A stretch of DNA of 64,000 nt from Selaginella moellendorffii. Its lineage: Eukaryota > Plantae > Lycopodiophyta. The notes beneath the pieces are model-generated. The model was not told the origin of the DNA. It saw only the letters and a program-made list of their open reading frames with translations, and did not search any database. This document shows, piece after piece, positions 26,289 through 38,546 of this stretch (the stretch's first letter is position 1; every line of letters starts with the position of its first letter). A program made the position numbers and the translations under genes. Where the stretch lies: NCBI RefSeq assembly GCF_000143415.4, contig NW_003314265.1, positions 3,654,443 to 3,718,442 on the forward strand. The letters are read 5' to 3'.

Positions 26289-28064
26289 CTAGCATGCTTG
26301 GACTCCATCATCAACAGTTACAGCAGCAACTTTTCTCGTCAACCTGGGCCTCACCTCCGCACTGTAGAACTTGGCGGACCTCAAGCTGAGAACCACGGCG
26401 ATGGCGCACCCAAACAGACAGGTGGCGGCCATGACGAAGAACGTTTCCCTGTAGCACTTGGCACCGTGGCACAAGAGCGAGGCCTCGTCAGGGCCACGAT
26501 ATTTCCTGGCTTGCCTATCGTAGAACACACCGGCAACTTCCACCGACAAGACATACGTCCCAATCCCCTTTGCAACGTTTGGGAAGCTCTGGAGAACTCC
26601 ATAGTGCTTGAGCCCGAAGATCTCCGCGATGATGGTCGACAGCACCGCCCACTGGCCTCCGGTGGCGAGGCCGATGATGATGGAGCCGATGTACAGCGCG
26701 CCGGGAAGGCCCAAGGCGATGAGCAAGTTGCCGAGCGCTAGAAAGCCGACCACCGCAGCGAACACGAACGGCCGTCCAATGCCAAACTTGTGGAGGAGTA
26801 TCTCGGACAGGAAGCCGCAGCCGATTGCTCCCAGGAAGTCCCATATGTTGAGGAGAGCCACGAAGATGTTCATCCTTGCGGTGGAGTATCCCAGGGAGTC
26901 GCTCAGCTGGCCCAAGTTGTTGTAGAAGGTAGACACCGTTCCCAGGCCGCAGGAAGTCGCAATGACCATCAGCCACATATCGATGCTCAGCAAGGCGTGG
27001 ACGAGCCTGTAGTCCTTACCTCTCGCCGGGACTTGGAACCATCTGCAGCTGCCAGCGCCGGAAGCTTGAGAAGGAAAATGGTCGACGACTTGCAGAGCAC
27101 TAGGGGTGGAATTCATATCCGCGAGCTGAGCTTCGGACTTATCCGTTGGCAGTGGTGTGTGGATGCTTTCAAGTTGATCGACAGACTTCTCAGTTGGGGG
27201 TGGTGTCTGGATGCTTTGGAGTTGATCGACAACACCAGCACCGTTCGAATGTGATCGAAGCTCAGCTCGGACAACCAGAACAACCGGAAGTAGGACGATG
27301 ACCAGCATCAACCCGAAGAACACCAAAGGCACCGAGTCTGGAAGCCTGCTCGGTATGGTCCCCTCAATGACTGTGACGACGAGGAGATAGCCCGCCAAGG
27401 CAAAAGTGGTGATGAGGAACGAGTTAAGAATGGACTTGTCGCTGGGCCTCACGGCGACAGGCACGGGCCCGAGGAAGAGGCCAAGCAGCAGATACAGGAA
27501 CGTCGGTAGCAGCCCCAGGAAGAGCAGAAAGGAGCGAGCGTGGACCTGGAAGAAAGTCTGGAACACAACCGCGAATGCGGTTGCTCCCAGGCCATTGCTG
27601 CCGTCGAGCAAGCTCAGCAGCATCCCCTGGTGATGTTTGGGGAAGTTCGTGGCACAGGTCGACAGGACAGCCGTGACTGCAAAGCCTACAGAGGCGCCGA
27701 CGAGAAACATGTAGAAGCTCATTTGCCATGCCGGTGGACGAGCAATCTGGTGGGTGATGGCGAGCCAGGCCATAGTGTAGCCGAACAAGTTGAGCAATGC
27801 GGAGACGAGCATGGTGAGACGGGGTCCGACTCTCGCATTGAGCAAGCCGGCCAGGAAAGCCATGCTGGTGCCGAGATCCTTGAAAAAACTGATGGTATTG
27901 ACGGACTCTTGCTTGTAATGCAGGGAGACTTTAAGCTCTTGCGAGAACAAGCTGAAGCTGGTGAGCGTGCCTCCGGTGATTGCTATCAGGTAGAAGCCCG
28001 GCACTGCGATGATCCAGCGATTGCTGGCGATGGAGAAGAGTTCCTTGGCCATTGCTAGCGCCAT
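26289..28064 (-). CDS. Nodulin-like / NFD4-family MFS transporter, intronless
   Basis: RW..., FSLFSQELKVSLHY.Q, FFKDLG, about 14 hydrophobic helices, EIFGLKHYG, CHGAKCY. Confidence 0.9.
   Translation of the reverse strand: MALAMAKELFSIASNRWIIAVPGFYLIAITGGTLTSFSLFSQELKVSLHYKQESVNTISFFKDLGTSMAFLAGLLNARVGPRLTMLVSALLNLFGYTMAWLAITHQIARPPAWQMSFYMFLVGASVGFAVTAVLSTCATNFPKHHQGMLLSLLDGSNGLGATAFAVVFQTFFQVHARSFLLFLGLLPTFLYLLLGLFLGPVPVAVRPSDKSILNSFLITTFALAGYLLVVTVIEGTIPSRLPDSVPLVFFGLMLVIVLLPVVLVVRAELRSHSNGAGVVDQLQSIQTPPPTEKSVDQLESIHTPLPTDKSEAQLADMNSTPSALQVVDHFPSQASGAGSCRWFQVPARGKDYRLVHALLSIDMWLMVIATSCGLGTVSTFYNNLGQLSDSLGYSTARMNIFVALLNIWDFLGAIGCGFLSEILLHKFGIGRPFVFAAVVGFLALGNLLIALGLPGALYIGSIIIGLATGGQWAVLSTIIAEIFGLKHYGVLQSFPNVAKGIGTYVLSVEVAGVFYDRQARKYRGPDEASLLCHGAKCYRETFFVMAATCLFGCAIAVVLSLRSAKFYSAEVRPRLTRKVAAVTVDDGVQAC
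27136..27231. repeat. 2 x 48-bp in-frame tandem repeat in the MFS central loop
   Basis: Encodes VDQLQSIQTPPPTEKS / VDQLESIHTPLPTDKS. Confidence 0.9.
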
Positions 28065-28551
28065 TGCCGCCAGCGCTGTGAGATAACAAGAAAGCTCTAT
28101 GAAATCATCGTGCTTTATGCTAAGGCTTTTGCTTTGCAGTCCATGCCACGACCGGACTTGCGTGGAAGATCTTTCCTGTTCGATACAAAAACGTGACAAT
28201 TCCGAAGTTTCGTGGCTCCAAGTTTTTTATGTCGTGGGTCAACTAAGTTGAGCATTGACGCTTGATGTGGATCTGGGGCAGGGCCAGATGCGGACGCTGG
28301 TCAAGTCACGGGTACGGAAAAGTCTACAAAATGGTCTTGAGCGGGGGGCGGATCCGGAATCGGCGCAATGGTAACGTTTTTATCATCTTCGTGCTGCCGA
28401 CTTGAAAATCTTATTTTTTGCAACTATATAAGCAGGGCACTGGGAGGACACTGATATCCGCATCTCAAAGTTGAGAAAGCCTATCATCCAAGCATACCAT
28501 TCCATTTCCATCTTTCATCTTTCAAGCTTTCTTGGTTACACCGTCCCATCC

Positions 28552-29749
28552 ATGGCTGGCATCAAGGCATTTGTTGACAGCTGCAACGGGACGCTGGACA
28601 GCGTTCCAGACAGATACATGATGCCGAATGAAGCTGCCGATGTCTCTCCGTACGCGGTGCTGCCGATAGTCGATGTGGCAAGCGAGAGCTTCGAGAGGGA
28701 TCTCGTTGACGCCTGTACAAAGTACGGAATTTTCTACGTAAGTTTTCAAGAAAGATCTTTTTCCTGTAGTACATGTTTGCTAAGTTGTTGTTCTTCTGAG
28801 TTGCAGCTCAAGAACCACGGAATTCACACCGAGGATGTGATGAGGTGCGCTCTCGAGTTCTTCAACTCGCCCAGCGAGGACAAGATGCGATACTACACCG
28901 AGGAGATCTTCACACCCGTCCGCTACTGCACCAGCATGATGCCTTCGAAAGAAGAGAAGCTCGAGTGGCACGACCACCTCCAGATGTGGCTCAAGGAAGA
29001 GTCCCTCGGAGCACACCCGTGGCCCGCGTTCCCAGCCAGCTACAAGTCAGTATCTCTCTCCTTGATTATATCTCTGCTATTGTTTTAGATTCCTGACGCT
29101 CTGTATCATTTGCAATGCAACAGGGACGTTGGATCCGAGTACGCAAGAAACATCTTCAAGCTCGGGAAGAGGATGCTGTTGGTCATGTCCGAGGGACTTG
29201 GCCTCCGCTCAAACCGTCTTCTGGAAGCCTTCGAAGACATGGTCCTCCTTACAAGAGCAAACTTCTATCCGGCTTGCCCAAACCCGAGGCAGGCCTTGGG
29301 CATGGAAGGCCACACCGACAGCGGGGGCCTCACGTTTGTGCTCCAGGATGGAGTCGGGGGATTGCAGCTCAAGCAAGGCGAGGATTGGTACAACGTGAGG
29401 CCACTCGAGGGAATGCTGGTGGTCAACATGGGCGATCAGCTAGAGGTACGAGCAGTCGAAAACGTTTTGAGAAACTGTGGATTGATCTTTGTCTTGGTTG
29501 ATTGTCTTGTATCAGAAGCTGAGCAATGGGAGATACAAGAGCATATTGCACAGGGTGATGGTGAACTCGAAGAGCTCAAGGCTGTCCGTCGGGGCGTTCC
29601 TGGGGCCGTCACTGGATGCGGAGATCAGCCCGATTCCCGAGCTGGTGAGCCAGGAGAGTCCGGCAAAGTACCGCAGCAGGACTTACAGGGACTACATGCA
29701 CGAGGTGTACACGGAGCACTTCTCCGGGAAGAATGTCTATGTGGCTTGA
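28552..29749 (+). CDS. 2-oxoglutarate/Fe(II) dioxygenase (DOXC class, DMR6/S3H-related), 4 exons
   Basis: LKNHGI, NFYPACP, GHTDSGGLT (HxD), VNMGDQLE, SNGRYKSILHRV, RLSV (RxS). TATA-like ctatataa near 28425. Confidence 0.93.
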
Positions 29750-29899
29750 GTAGTCAAAGGCTCAAATTTTTTCCCACTCCCCACTCCACAATAGGCCAGA
29801 GATTGTGTTGACACGGGTAGGACAAGGATAGATAAGTGGCTAGCCATAACATTGTTAAGAAAGAACTTGATTCATATGCTCACACACAGACAAACTTGT

Positions 29900-31600
29900 A
29901 CACACTAAGATCTCCGGCGGACGACCAGTGGTGTTGTACTCTTGAGACATGTCGCTGAGTAAACTGGAACTGATTGATGAGAATATCGCGAGTAGAGACA
30001 GAGAAGCGACAATGATTCAAAGATTCAAGTGCTCTCGTAGCCTCTAGACCACGGAGTGCTCTTAAGCACCACCTCGCTATTCCCCACAAATCCCTGGGCT
30101 CCCAGGATCAAAGAAGTCCATCCACCATGCTTCCAGCTGCTGACCACAGTGGCCAAGAGAAGAATTCCACGGATATTCTCCTCTGCGGAGAAGGTGAGAA
30201 GTGATCGATTTCATGAAGCTGGGACAATACCGCAATTGAGCTGCACCTCGGGCATAAGCGAACCTTTGCCCTAGGGAAACACTACTTGATGTGGACGCAA
30301 CTATGACAAAGCGGGAAGAGCAGAGGGAGTTATCACTTGATCCAGATATCTGTGTGGTGTATCTGGACAAGGTGACAGTGGATAAAAGCTTGAGCAGGAA
30401 CAGGTTCTGGGCTACGCTTTGCGACCATATTCATGGCAAATGTCCCGGCTAGGCCTACAGGAGAAGAATGTACAGATTAAAGCTTCAGGTCATTATAGAT
30501 GAAGCCGTTGCTCTCAGCCTCTTCGGATTGCCTTGACAATTTCTTCAGCACTCTCGAAGGGAAGGATTATGACGGCTACAACTTCAACGGTGTCCTGGTT
30601 GGTGTTGAGTCTGTCAAGGATCTTTAAGCTTAATACTTGGGGTGGCGTGAAGATGCAGCTGAGCTAAACAGGGTCTATGTACTGAGTAGTACGCCCAGCC
30701 GTTATTCGTCAGTGAGGTTCTCAGTAGGCAATGTTGAAAACCTGCAGCAAGCACAAGCCGACCTCCAAGGAGTACAGATTATGATTGAGCGGATTGCTAC
30801 GTCGGTCATAGAATTGACAGGTGGTCACAAAGGGATAGTCGGTTCATGCTTGGACTACTTGGAGCTGTGGACTAGCAGGCAGTGGATTGAGGCAACTGAT
30901 TCGTTTCATCTTTCGCCTTATGTTTTTGGACAGCAAACATACTCTAAGATTCTGTCCCTGCTAGGGTGTAAATGGCCATGACTTTGATCTAGATGGTGAT
31001 GCTGGAGCTGCGGAATCTCATTGCTCAAGGTGTATTAATCGCGCAGGAGGCCAAACCGGATGGTTATGACGTGCGGATTTCTTCACCAATGCTACAGAGT
31101 TTTTTTGCGAAGATGTGTTACCACAAACGGTTCGGTGGACCCCCTTCTACAGGCGTTGATCCTCTGTGGGTTGTTTTCCAGGCAATTAGAACTTTGGATG
31201 CGCAGGCCAGAGTGTATAAAACGGACAGGGGAGTTATCCGAGTATTCTTACCAATTGACGTTGTTCACCAGGATCAAGGCTGTCTTGAAGCAAGCGTACC
31301 TCTTAGTTGATGCGAAGCTCCTCCCTGACGCTAAGAGCTGCGGAGTATCTTGAGGAAAGAGACACGCAGGTAAGCATCTTTGTTTTGTTTTGAAAAGCCG
31401 AGCGGTATGCCAAGCAGCATTCTGCTCAAGTGTTTGTGATTAATGTCACAGTGTGTGGTTTTCCTTTCAGTACAGCTATTTCCGAGTGGAAACAAGACCA
31501 GAGCTGAAGTAACCATGGTGGAGACATCGGATGTCTGAACGGATTTCAAGTTGGCAAAATCTCGTTTGACTACCTTGTCTAAATAGAGCCTCGCTTGAGT
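29900..31600 (+). pseudogene. Disrupted intronless P-loop/AAA plus nuclease-like (Crinkler-type) gene remnant
   Basis: Frameshifted fragments: LQVIIDEA (Walker B-like), ELTGGHKGIVGSCL, ISSPMLQSF, SEYSYQLTLF...LLPDAK. Confidence 0.45.
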
Positions 31601-31844
31601 CACTAAGTAAACTTTTGTTTAAAAAAAGCAAAAGAAATTTTGACAAAGTTCTTTCATGCCTGAGTGATTCTTCCTGGAGACAGTTTTTTACTGTTTTTGG
31701 CAACAGATACTGGTCAATCATTGATATGTTGGAAATTTCGTGCAAATGGTAACATTTTTATCATCCTCATGCTGCTAACATGAAAATCTTGACAAGGGTT
31801 AAGGTGTTAAAAGAGTGGGGTTTTAAACTTCTATTCAAGAGAGC

Positions 31845-32061
31845 ATGAATTTATAGAAAAGTATGGTGAATTATAAACAACCAAAAAGAATGACTCAAGA
31901 GACAATCCATAAAAATTTAAATATAAAGTGATGGGGCTTTCAAGAGAATTATGGCTTTCAACTTCCATTTATGATAGTGTGAACTTGCAAAAAACCATGA
32001 TGAATTATAAATAATTAAAAGAATGACTTAAAACATAATCTATAAAAGTTCAAATATAAAA
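31845..32061. repeat. Diverged AT-rich direct repeat (about 135-bp period)
   Basis: gaattataaa..a...aaaagaatgact.aa...aatc.ataaaa.tt.aaatataaa occurs twice. Confidence 0.6.
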
Positions 32062-32430
32062 AGAAAGACCCATGAATAAAAATGCACCCCTTTTTCCAAT
32101 TGGGGTTAAATGTCATTGGGTTTGAATAATATTAATCATGATGACCTCTTAAAAAGTTTAAATTTAATATGTTTAAAAGTTAAATTCCACTTCATGATTA
32201 CCTTATAGTAATTCATCATAAGATACAGGTCAAAATCATATATGCTAAAGAAAATATCAAGATAATTTCATCATTTTCTACATACAAAAAACAAAGAAAA
32301 TTAATACAAATCAAATATACAAAGTTAATGCAAATTTGAAGAACGTAGACCCTAACCTAATTGTATAGCAAATAATTTGTTGCTCTGGATTGAGTGTCTC
32401 TGTCTGGGAAGATCCCTTCGATCTACCAAC

Positions 32431-32870
32431 CTCTAATACCATGTTATTAAGGCATATCTAGCAAATAAGAGAAAGATGTCAAAGCTGAGAACATAAACTA
32501 TATTAGTGTCAATATAAGCTTAACATAGCTTCATGTCTTCGTAGTGGTGCTTTCAAGAGCGCTCAATGCAACTCAATACAACAAGATGTTACAACAAATC
32601 ATTGTCTCTTCTCTCAGCTCAGATCATTACTATATTCCCATCAAGCAGAAAGGATAGTTCCTGTTTTCTGCTCTTTGATCCACAGATCTTCACTCAGCCA
32701 GGACAATAGACAAGCAATGGGCATGCTATGGTCTAGAAATATCAACGAGAGCTATCCCATACTCTCCTCGTTATTTCGAGATTTCTTGTTATGTGATTCT
32801 TCAGCTCGAGATCTAGCATTGGCTTTAGCTACTATCCAAGTGACTATCATTGCATCACATACCTTATGAT
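32431..32870 (-). mobile_element. LTR-retrotransposon remnant (LTR end plus tRNA-iMet-like primer binding site)
   Basis: The minus strand reads ...TAACA-TGGTATTAGAG at 32446-32431, an LTR CA end followed by a near-canonical TGGTATCAGAG PBS. The far boundary is uncertain. Confidence 0.45.
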
Positions 32871-33366
32871 GACATGTTAGATGCCGTGAGTTCAATGACT
32901 GCACACAAATGAATTGTTAATTCTTTGCGATTGTCACAATCACGCTAGCGGCTTAAGGTGATGAAGTGGTCCTGTGTACCATTGTCCTCTGCCGCACGCA
33001 AAGAGCTTGACGACGATGCATTCCTTTGTGCGTCAACCTCCTCACTGTTACAGGTTTTAAAAGCGGGCGTTGGTCCGGCCAGGCCACCGTACTTGCCAAC
33101 AAAGAGCTTCAGTGCTTGGAGGATATATCTTCAAACACACCAGACGGAGGTTCGAACCCGGCGGACCAGGCGACTAGAAAGGTGGAAAGCCAACCAACGG
33201 CGGACCTCCAAGTGGTTCTCGATTTATTGTCAGCTGCCTAGCATTGGAAGCTTAGGGCGGCCAGGCCACATTGTTTGTGCCGAGCACAGATCTCCAGATA
33301 TCTGACGAGCACCTCTGGCTTCCACGATTAAGCTCTGCAAGGAGAAAGCAAGCTAGCTCGGGAGCT

Positions 33367-35810
33367 ATGGCGATCAATCCTGGGTTGCTCACGCACTGGC
33401 CATGGGAGAGGCTTGGAAGCTTCAAGGTTTCTCTCTTTCTCTCGCTGTACATGCATGCATGCGCATTCCTAAATCTCTCTCGTTGTCTCTTGATCTTGGC
33501 AGTATCTCCTCTACTTGCCTCTGGTGGCCAATGCAGTGCGAAGCGCGATGACCCCGGAGGGCCGCTCGAGGGACAACTTTAGCCTCCATATCCTCGTGCT
33601 CGCGGCGCTGCGCTATATCCAGGGCCAGCTATGGATCACGGTCACCAGCGTCCACGACATAGTCAAGAAGCACCAGGTCCAGACCAAGGGGATGAAGTTC
33701 GATCAGCTGGACAGGGAAAGAGATTGGTATGCGATCACAGACTTTGTCAAATCTCTCTCTCTCTCTCTCGCGCGCGCGCGCTCACGGCTTCTTTCTCTTT
33801 TGTTTCTTCCGTCACTCAGGGAGGATTTCATACTGCTCCAGGCGCTGATGTTGCTCGCGTACCAGTTCTCGCCACTGTGCTTGCCGAACCATGCCGTGTC
33901 GGATTGGAGGGGTTTGGTCATCACCATCCTCTGGCACCTGGGACCCGTGGAGTTCCTCTATTACTGGTTCCATCGCGCCCTCCACCACCATTCTCTCTAC
34001 CGCCGCTACCATTCCCACCACCATCTCTCCTTTGTCACCCAGGCCGTGACTGGCAACGTCCATCCTTTTGCCGAGCACCTGAGCTACGCGGTCCTCTTTG
34101 GCTCCACGCTCATTGTCAACCTCTTCCTTGGCACCGCCTCGCTCGCCCTCATCTACTCCTACATGCTGTGGTTTGATTTCATGAACTACATTGGCCATTG
34201 CAACTGGGAGTTCATGCCATCCTGGATGTTTCAAGCTCTTCCTCTGCTCAAGTACCTCGTCTACACTCCATCGTAAGTTTTTCTATCTTTTCAACTGCTT
34301 GATCCTCCACATCTCCTATCCTTCCAGGTTCCATTCTCTCCATCACACGCAGGTCCACACAAATTTCTGCCTCTTCGTTCCCCTATACGACTACATTTAT
34401 GGGACCGTAGACAAGACAAGCGGTCAGCTCCATCTTGCAGCTCGTCAAGGTACTTTGTTTTGTCGTTTTTTTTCTTTCCAGCTTCGTCGGGACTTATAAC
34501 TTGCGTGACCACGCAGGCAGGACGGAGTTGGTGGATTTCGTGTTCTTAACGCACCCGACTGACCCCTTATCGATCTTCCACTTGTCGTTTGGGATACCAT
34601 CTTTTGCAGCGCAGCCGTATGGCAGGAGGTGGTACATTTGGCTCCTGTATCCTCTGGCGCTCCCCGTTATGCTGCTGCTGTGGGCGTTTGGGAGCCCCTT
34701 CACTGTTGAGGAGCACACCGTCGACAAGGTTCTCGCGCAGACATGGGCGATCCCGAGGTTTAGCTTTCACGTGAGTATACTTTCAAGCTTGCTGTGCGAT
34801 GGTAAGTTTGCGTTTTGTATAGTTTGGAATGACGTCTGAGATCGGAAGCTTGAATGCGCTCATCGAGCGCGCCATCCTGGCCGCGCAGGACAAAGGAGCC
34901 AAGTTCATATGCCTGGGACTACACAACAAGGTGTGTCAAAGTGTATACTCCATGTTGTGCACATCGTTATGATCCGTGCAGGACGAGCATTTGAATGCGA
35001 GTGGAGCACTGTTTCTGAAAAACCACCCCGACCTCAGCATCAAGGTGGTGGACGGAAGCACGCTAACCAGCGCCATTGTTCTTGACAAGCTTCCAAAAGA
35101 TGCTAGCGAGGTTTTCCTGGTCGGAGCCGAGCACAAAGTTGGCCGTGCCATCGCCAACTATCTCTGCCGCCACCGCGCCACTGAAGTGACGGTGAGCAGC
35201 TAGCTTCTGCCCGCCTTTCCCACGTAAAGCTCTGGTTATTTCCTCAGGTTCTGGCTAAATCCTCGTCCTATGCCTTTGAGTCGCTTAAAAAATCGGTCCC
35301 GCAAGAATCCCAGCACAAGCTCGTCGCAGTTGAGTCACTCGAGCACGGGAGGCACTGCAAAGTATGATATGCTTCCTTCCCAGAAAAGCTGGACGTAACT
35401 TGCTGGAATTTACAGGCCTGGATCGTTGGAGAGCCCCTGCGAGCGATGGAGCAGCTCCACGCTCCTTCTGGAGCTTGTTTCTATCAATTCACCGAGGAGG
35501 CTATGGAGGAAACCCGTCCTGATTGCTTGTACGCCAAGCTTCCAGCAATGCGCCTGCCTCCCGAGTATAAAGGAATCCGAGCTTGCGAGGTGAGAGTCTC
35601 TCCGTTTTCACTTGCTGGTGGCGCTCATCGTCTTCTTTGTCCTGGCAGGGAAGCATGCCGAGAGGAGTCGTCCAGGCAAGTCACGCGGGAGGAATCCTGG
35701 CGACCATGGAAAACTGGAACCATCACGAGGTTGGCAACACGATTGACGTGGACAAGATTGATGCCGTGATGAGAGCGGCTGTGAATCGTGGCTTCGTCCC
35801 CTACTATTAA
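33367..35810 (+). CDS. CER1/CER3-family very-long-chain alkane biosynthesis protein, multi-exon
   Basis: [21 protein letters not shown], His boxes HRALHHH, YHSHHH and [23 protein letters not shown]2 C-terminal domain WNHHEVG. Confidence 0.93.
33752..33781. repeat. Intronic compound microsatellite (TC)n(CG)n
   Basis: tctctctctctctctctcgcgcgcgcgcgc. Confidence 0.9.
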
Positions 35811-35844
35811 GTTTGGAATAATTTCTTCCAAGTCTTGCAATAAC

Positions 35845-36953
35845 TTAAAACTGACCAGTTCCAGCCATTGTCCACTTCTGCCACTGCAGCTCTCGTACCT
35901 TGTCCTCTAACAGCAACTTCTGAGCTTCCATCTTCCGGATTTCTTCCTGTTATCCAGCATTAGCAACCATTGTTATATGAGAGAAGAGTATTTATCTTTC
36001 ACCTTGTAACTTTCCAGTTCCTCGCTCGCTTTGAAGAAAGCCTCCCAAATGGCACCTTCTGACGACGGGAAATGCAGCATCTGGTTGGGAACGACGGCCA
36101 AAGCCCGAGCACCAGCGGACGTGAGTTCCTCCTCAAACTTATCCATGTCCTCTGCCGGTCTCCAGAGACACAAGTAAACTGGCCACCCGAACCGGATCCA
36201 AAAGTGGAAGAAGACGAGGCAGCAGACGCAAAACGTTAAGAAGCATCTGCCGGCAATGCTTTCGCTGTCCCCTGTGAAGACCGCGATGGCAGCGAGAAAA
36301 CAGATGGCCACCGCCATAGTCAAGTACTCGCAAGTGTGCGCGTACTCCACAGTCAACAAAGGATCTTGCTGGTTGCGCAGCTTGTACATAAACACGATAA
36401 CCAGTAGCAAGTTTGGAGTGTAGACCGCCAGGACAGTGAGTACTCTCGCAGAGTCTAGCGTACCATGATGTTCCCTGCTGATAATACGAGCTTTGGAGAA
36501 TGAACATGACTAGAGCATCAAACTTTACCTCTCTCGCTTCAAGTTTGCGGCCACGAACAAAACCAAGACTGGAAGCATGGAGGCGAGCAGTAGAGCGTAG
36601 TTTCCCCAGGACCATTTGTGGATGTTCCGGCTGAGCTCGTACATCCGACGAAGCCGGAGAACCGTGAGCATGAACCAGGAGCAAACCCCCAGTCCTTGTA
36701 GCCAAAATGCCCATCGGACGCCGCTTATAAAAGGCCCGGTATGCTGGAAGTGACCATCGTTGAGAAAAGATGATGATATCCAGACCAAGCCAGCTAAAGA
36801 GCTGCACAGTACGAGGTACACTCCTCCCTGTGCTCGAAAGTAGGAGCGATTGCGATGGACGAAGAGCACGCCATTTGCTATGATAAATGGTACCGCAGCT
36901 CCCAAGGCGAAGCCCAAGAGTACGTAGTCATAGACAGTGTCAGTTCGATCCAT
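35845..36953 (-). CDS. RGS1-like 7TM protein without RGS box, copy 1 (3 exons)
   Basis: Seven hydrophobic segments, WAFWLQG, RCFLTF...FFHFWIRFGWP, HFPSSEGAIWEAF, coiled-coil tail. Confidence 0.8.
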
Positions 36954-37366
36954 TAGCTGTCGCTTCCTTCCCAAAACTAAAAAACCATCTTAGGTTGTGA
37001 AGGCATGAGTTTTCTGCTTGACTTGGAAAATTCAGAACATTTGAGAAAATTCAGTCCTTTACGTACTCTTTACACAGACTCAGGATCCGTGTGTGCGTGT
37101 TCTCTTTTTCGTGGAACAGCAGTGATCGTCCGTGCACGGCAAAAAATCATGACAGGGAAGCAGAGAACCCGCTTAAAAGTCAAGTTGTGGAAGAGTCTGC
37201 AAAACAAACAAAGCTTTGGAACACGACGAAGAAAACTAGCACATTGAATTTGTGACCTTGGCAGTCTCCTTGAAACTTTCCCTGAGGTGCTGGACTCAAA
37301 GTCAAGTAAAGAATCAAAAAGATTGAAAAGGAGATGGAACAAAATGCCAACCTTGCATAGATTAAC

Positions 37367-38546
37367 TTAAGAATGACCAGATTCAGCTGCTTTTCTCTTC
37401 TGCACGTGTAACTCTCGGATCTTCCCTTCCAGCAGCGCTTTCTGCACTTCTAGCTTCCGTATTTCATCCTGTTTCAGTGTAACATTAGCTAGAGCGCCAG
37501 AAGAAGAAAAAGAAACAAGCTCTACCTTATATCTGTCCAGATCGTCACTAGCTTTGGAGAAAGCTTCCCAAATAGCACCTTCAGAGGAAGGAAAGTGTAT
37601 CCTTTGGCTGTAAACCATGTCCAGAGCTCGGGCACCACCGTAAGTTAGCTCCTGCTCGAAGTTGTCCATCTCCTCTTTGGGCCTGAAGAGACATAGGTAA
37701 ATCGGCCACCCGAAGCGTATCCAAAAGTGAAAGAACACGAGACAGCATGTTGAAAACGTTAGGAAGCATCTGCCAGGGATAGTATCGCTAGCTTTCGTCA
37801 CAACCGCGACGGCGGAGAGCATGACAATGACGATAGCCATAGCCAAGTAGTCCAAAGTGTCCCTGTACTCGGTAGCTAGCAGTGGATCCTCCTGCTTGCG
37901 CAGCTTATAGATAAAGAAGATGAGCAGCAGCCAGTATGGAGTATACACGGACCGGACGATGATTTTCCAATGCTTGCTTGGGTTGCACGCCGGTTTGCTG
38001 TTATCAAGAACAATCAGTCCGAGAGAGAAAGAGATGAAACTTGGCAAGCCATGAACTTTACCTTCTCTCGTGTCCATCGAAGTCACTGAAGCCAGCAACG
38101 GTGGACAGGATGACTATGGGAAGCAGGCAAAAGGCCACGAAAGCGTAGTACTTCCACGACCAGTTGTCGATGTTCTTGCTGAGCTCGTACATCCGAGCAA
38201 GCCGGAGAACAGTGAGCACGAACCACAGGCAAATACCCGTCCCCTGGAGCCAGAACGTCCACAGCACGCAGCTTCTAAGCGGCCCGACCCTGCTGAAATG
38301 GTCATTGTTGACGAACTGGGCTGCTATCCAGACTAAGCCCGCTAGCGAGCTGCCTAGGATGAGATACACACCTCCCTGTGCTCGAAAGTAGGAGCGGCCG
38401 CGATGGGCGAAGAGCGCGCCATTCGCCACGATGAACGGTACTGTCGCGGCCAAAGCAAATGCCAGGAGTGTGAAGTCGTAGGGAGTGTTCGGACGACTGG
38501 GCACCACTTCCATGTAACACCCTTGCTTGCAACATCCAGACGCCAT
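37367..38546 (-). CDS. RGS1-like 7TM protein without RGS box, copy 2 (3 exons)
   Basis: MASGCCKQGC start, CVLWTFWLQG, CNPSKHW, 7 TM, coiled-coil tail. Confidence 0.82.
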
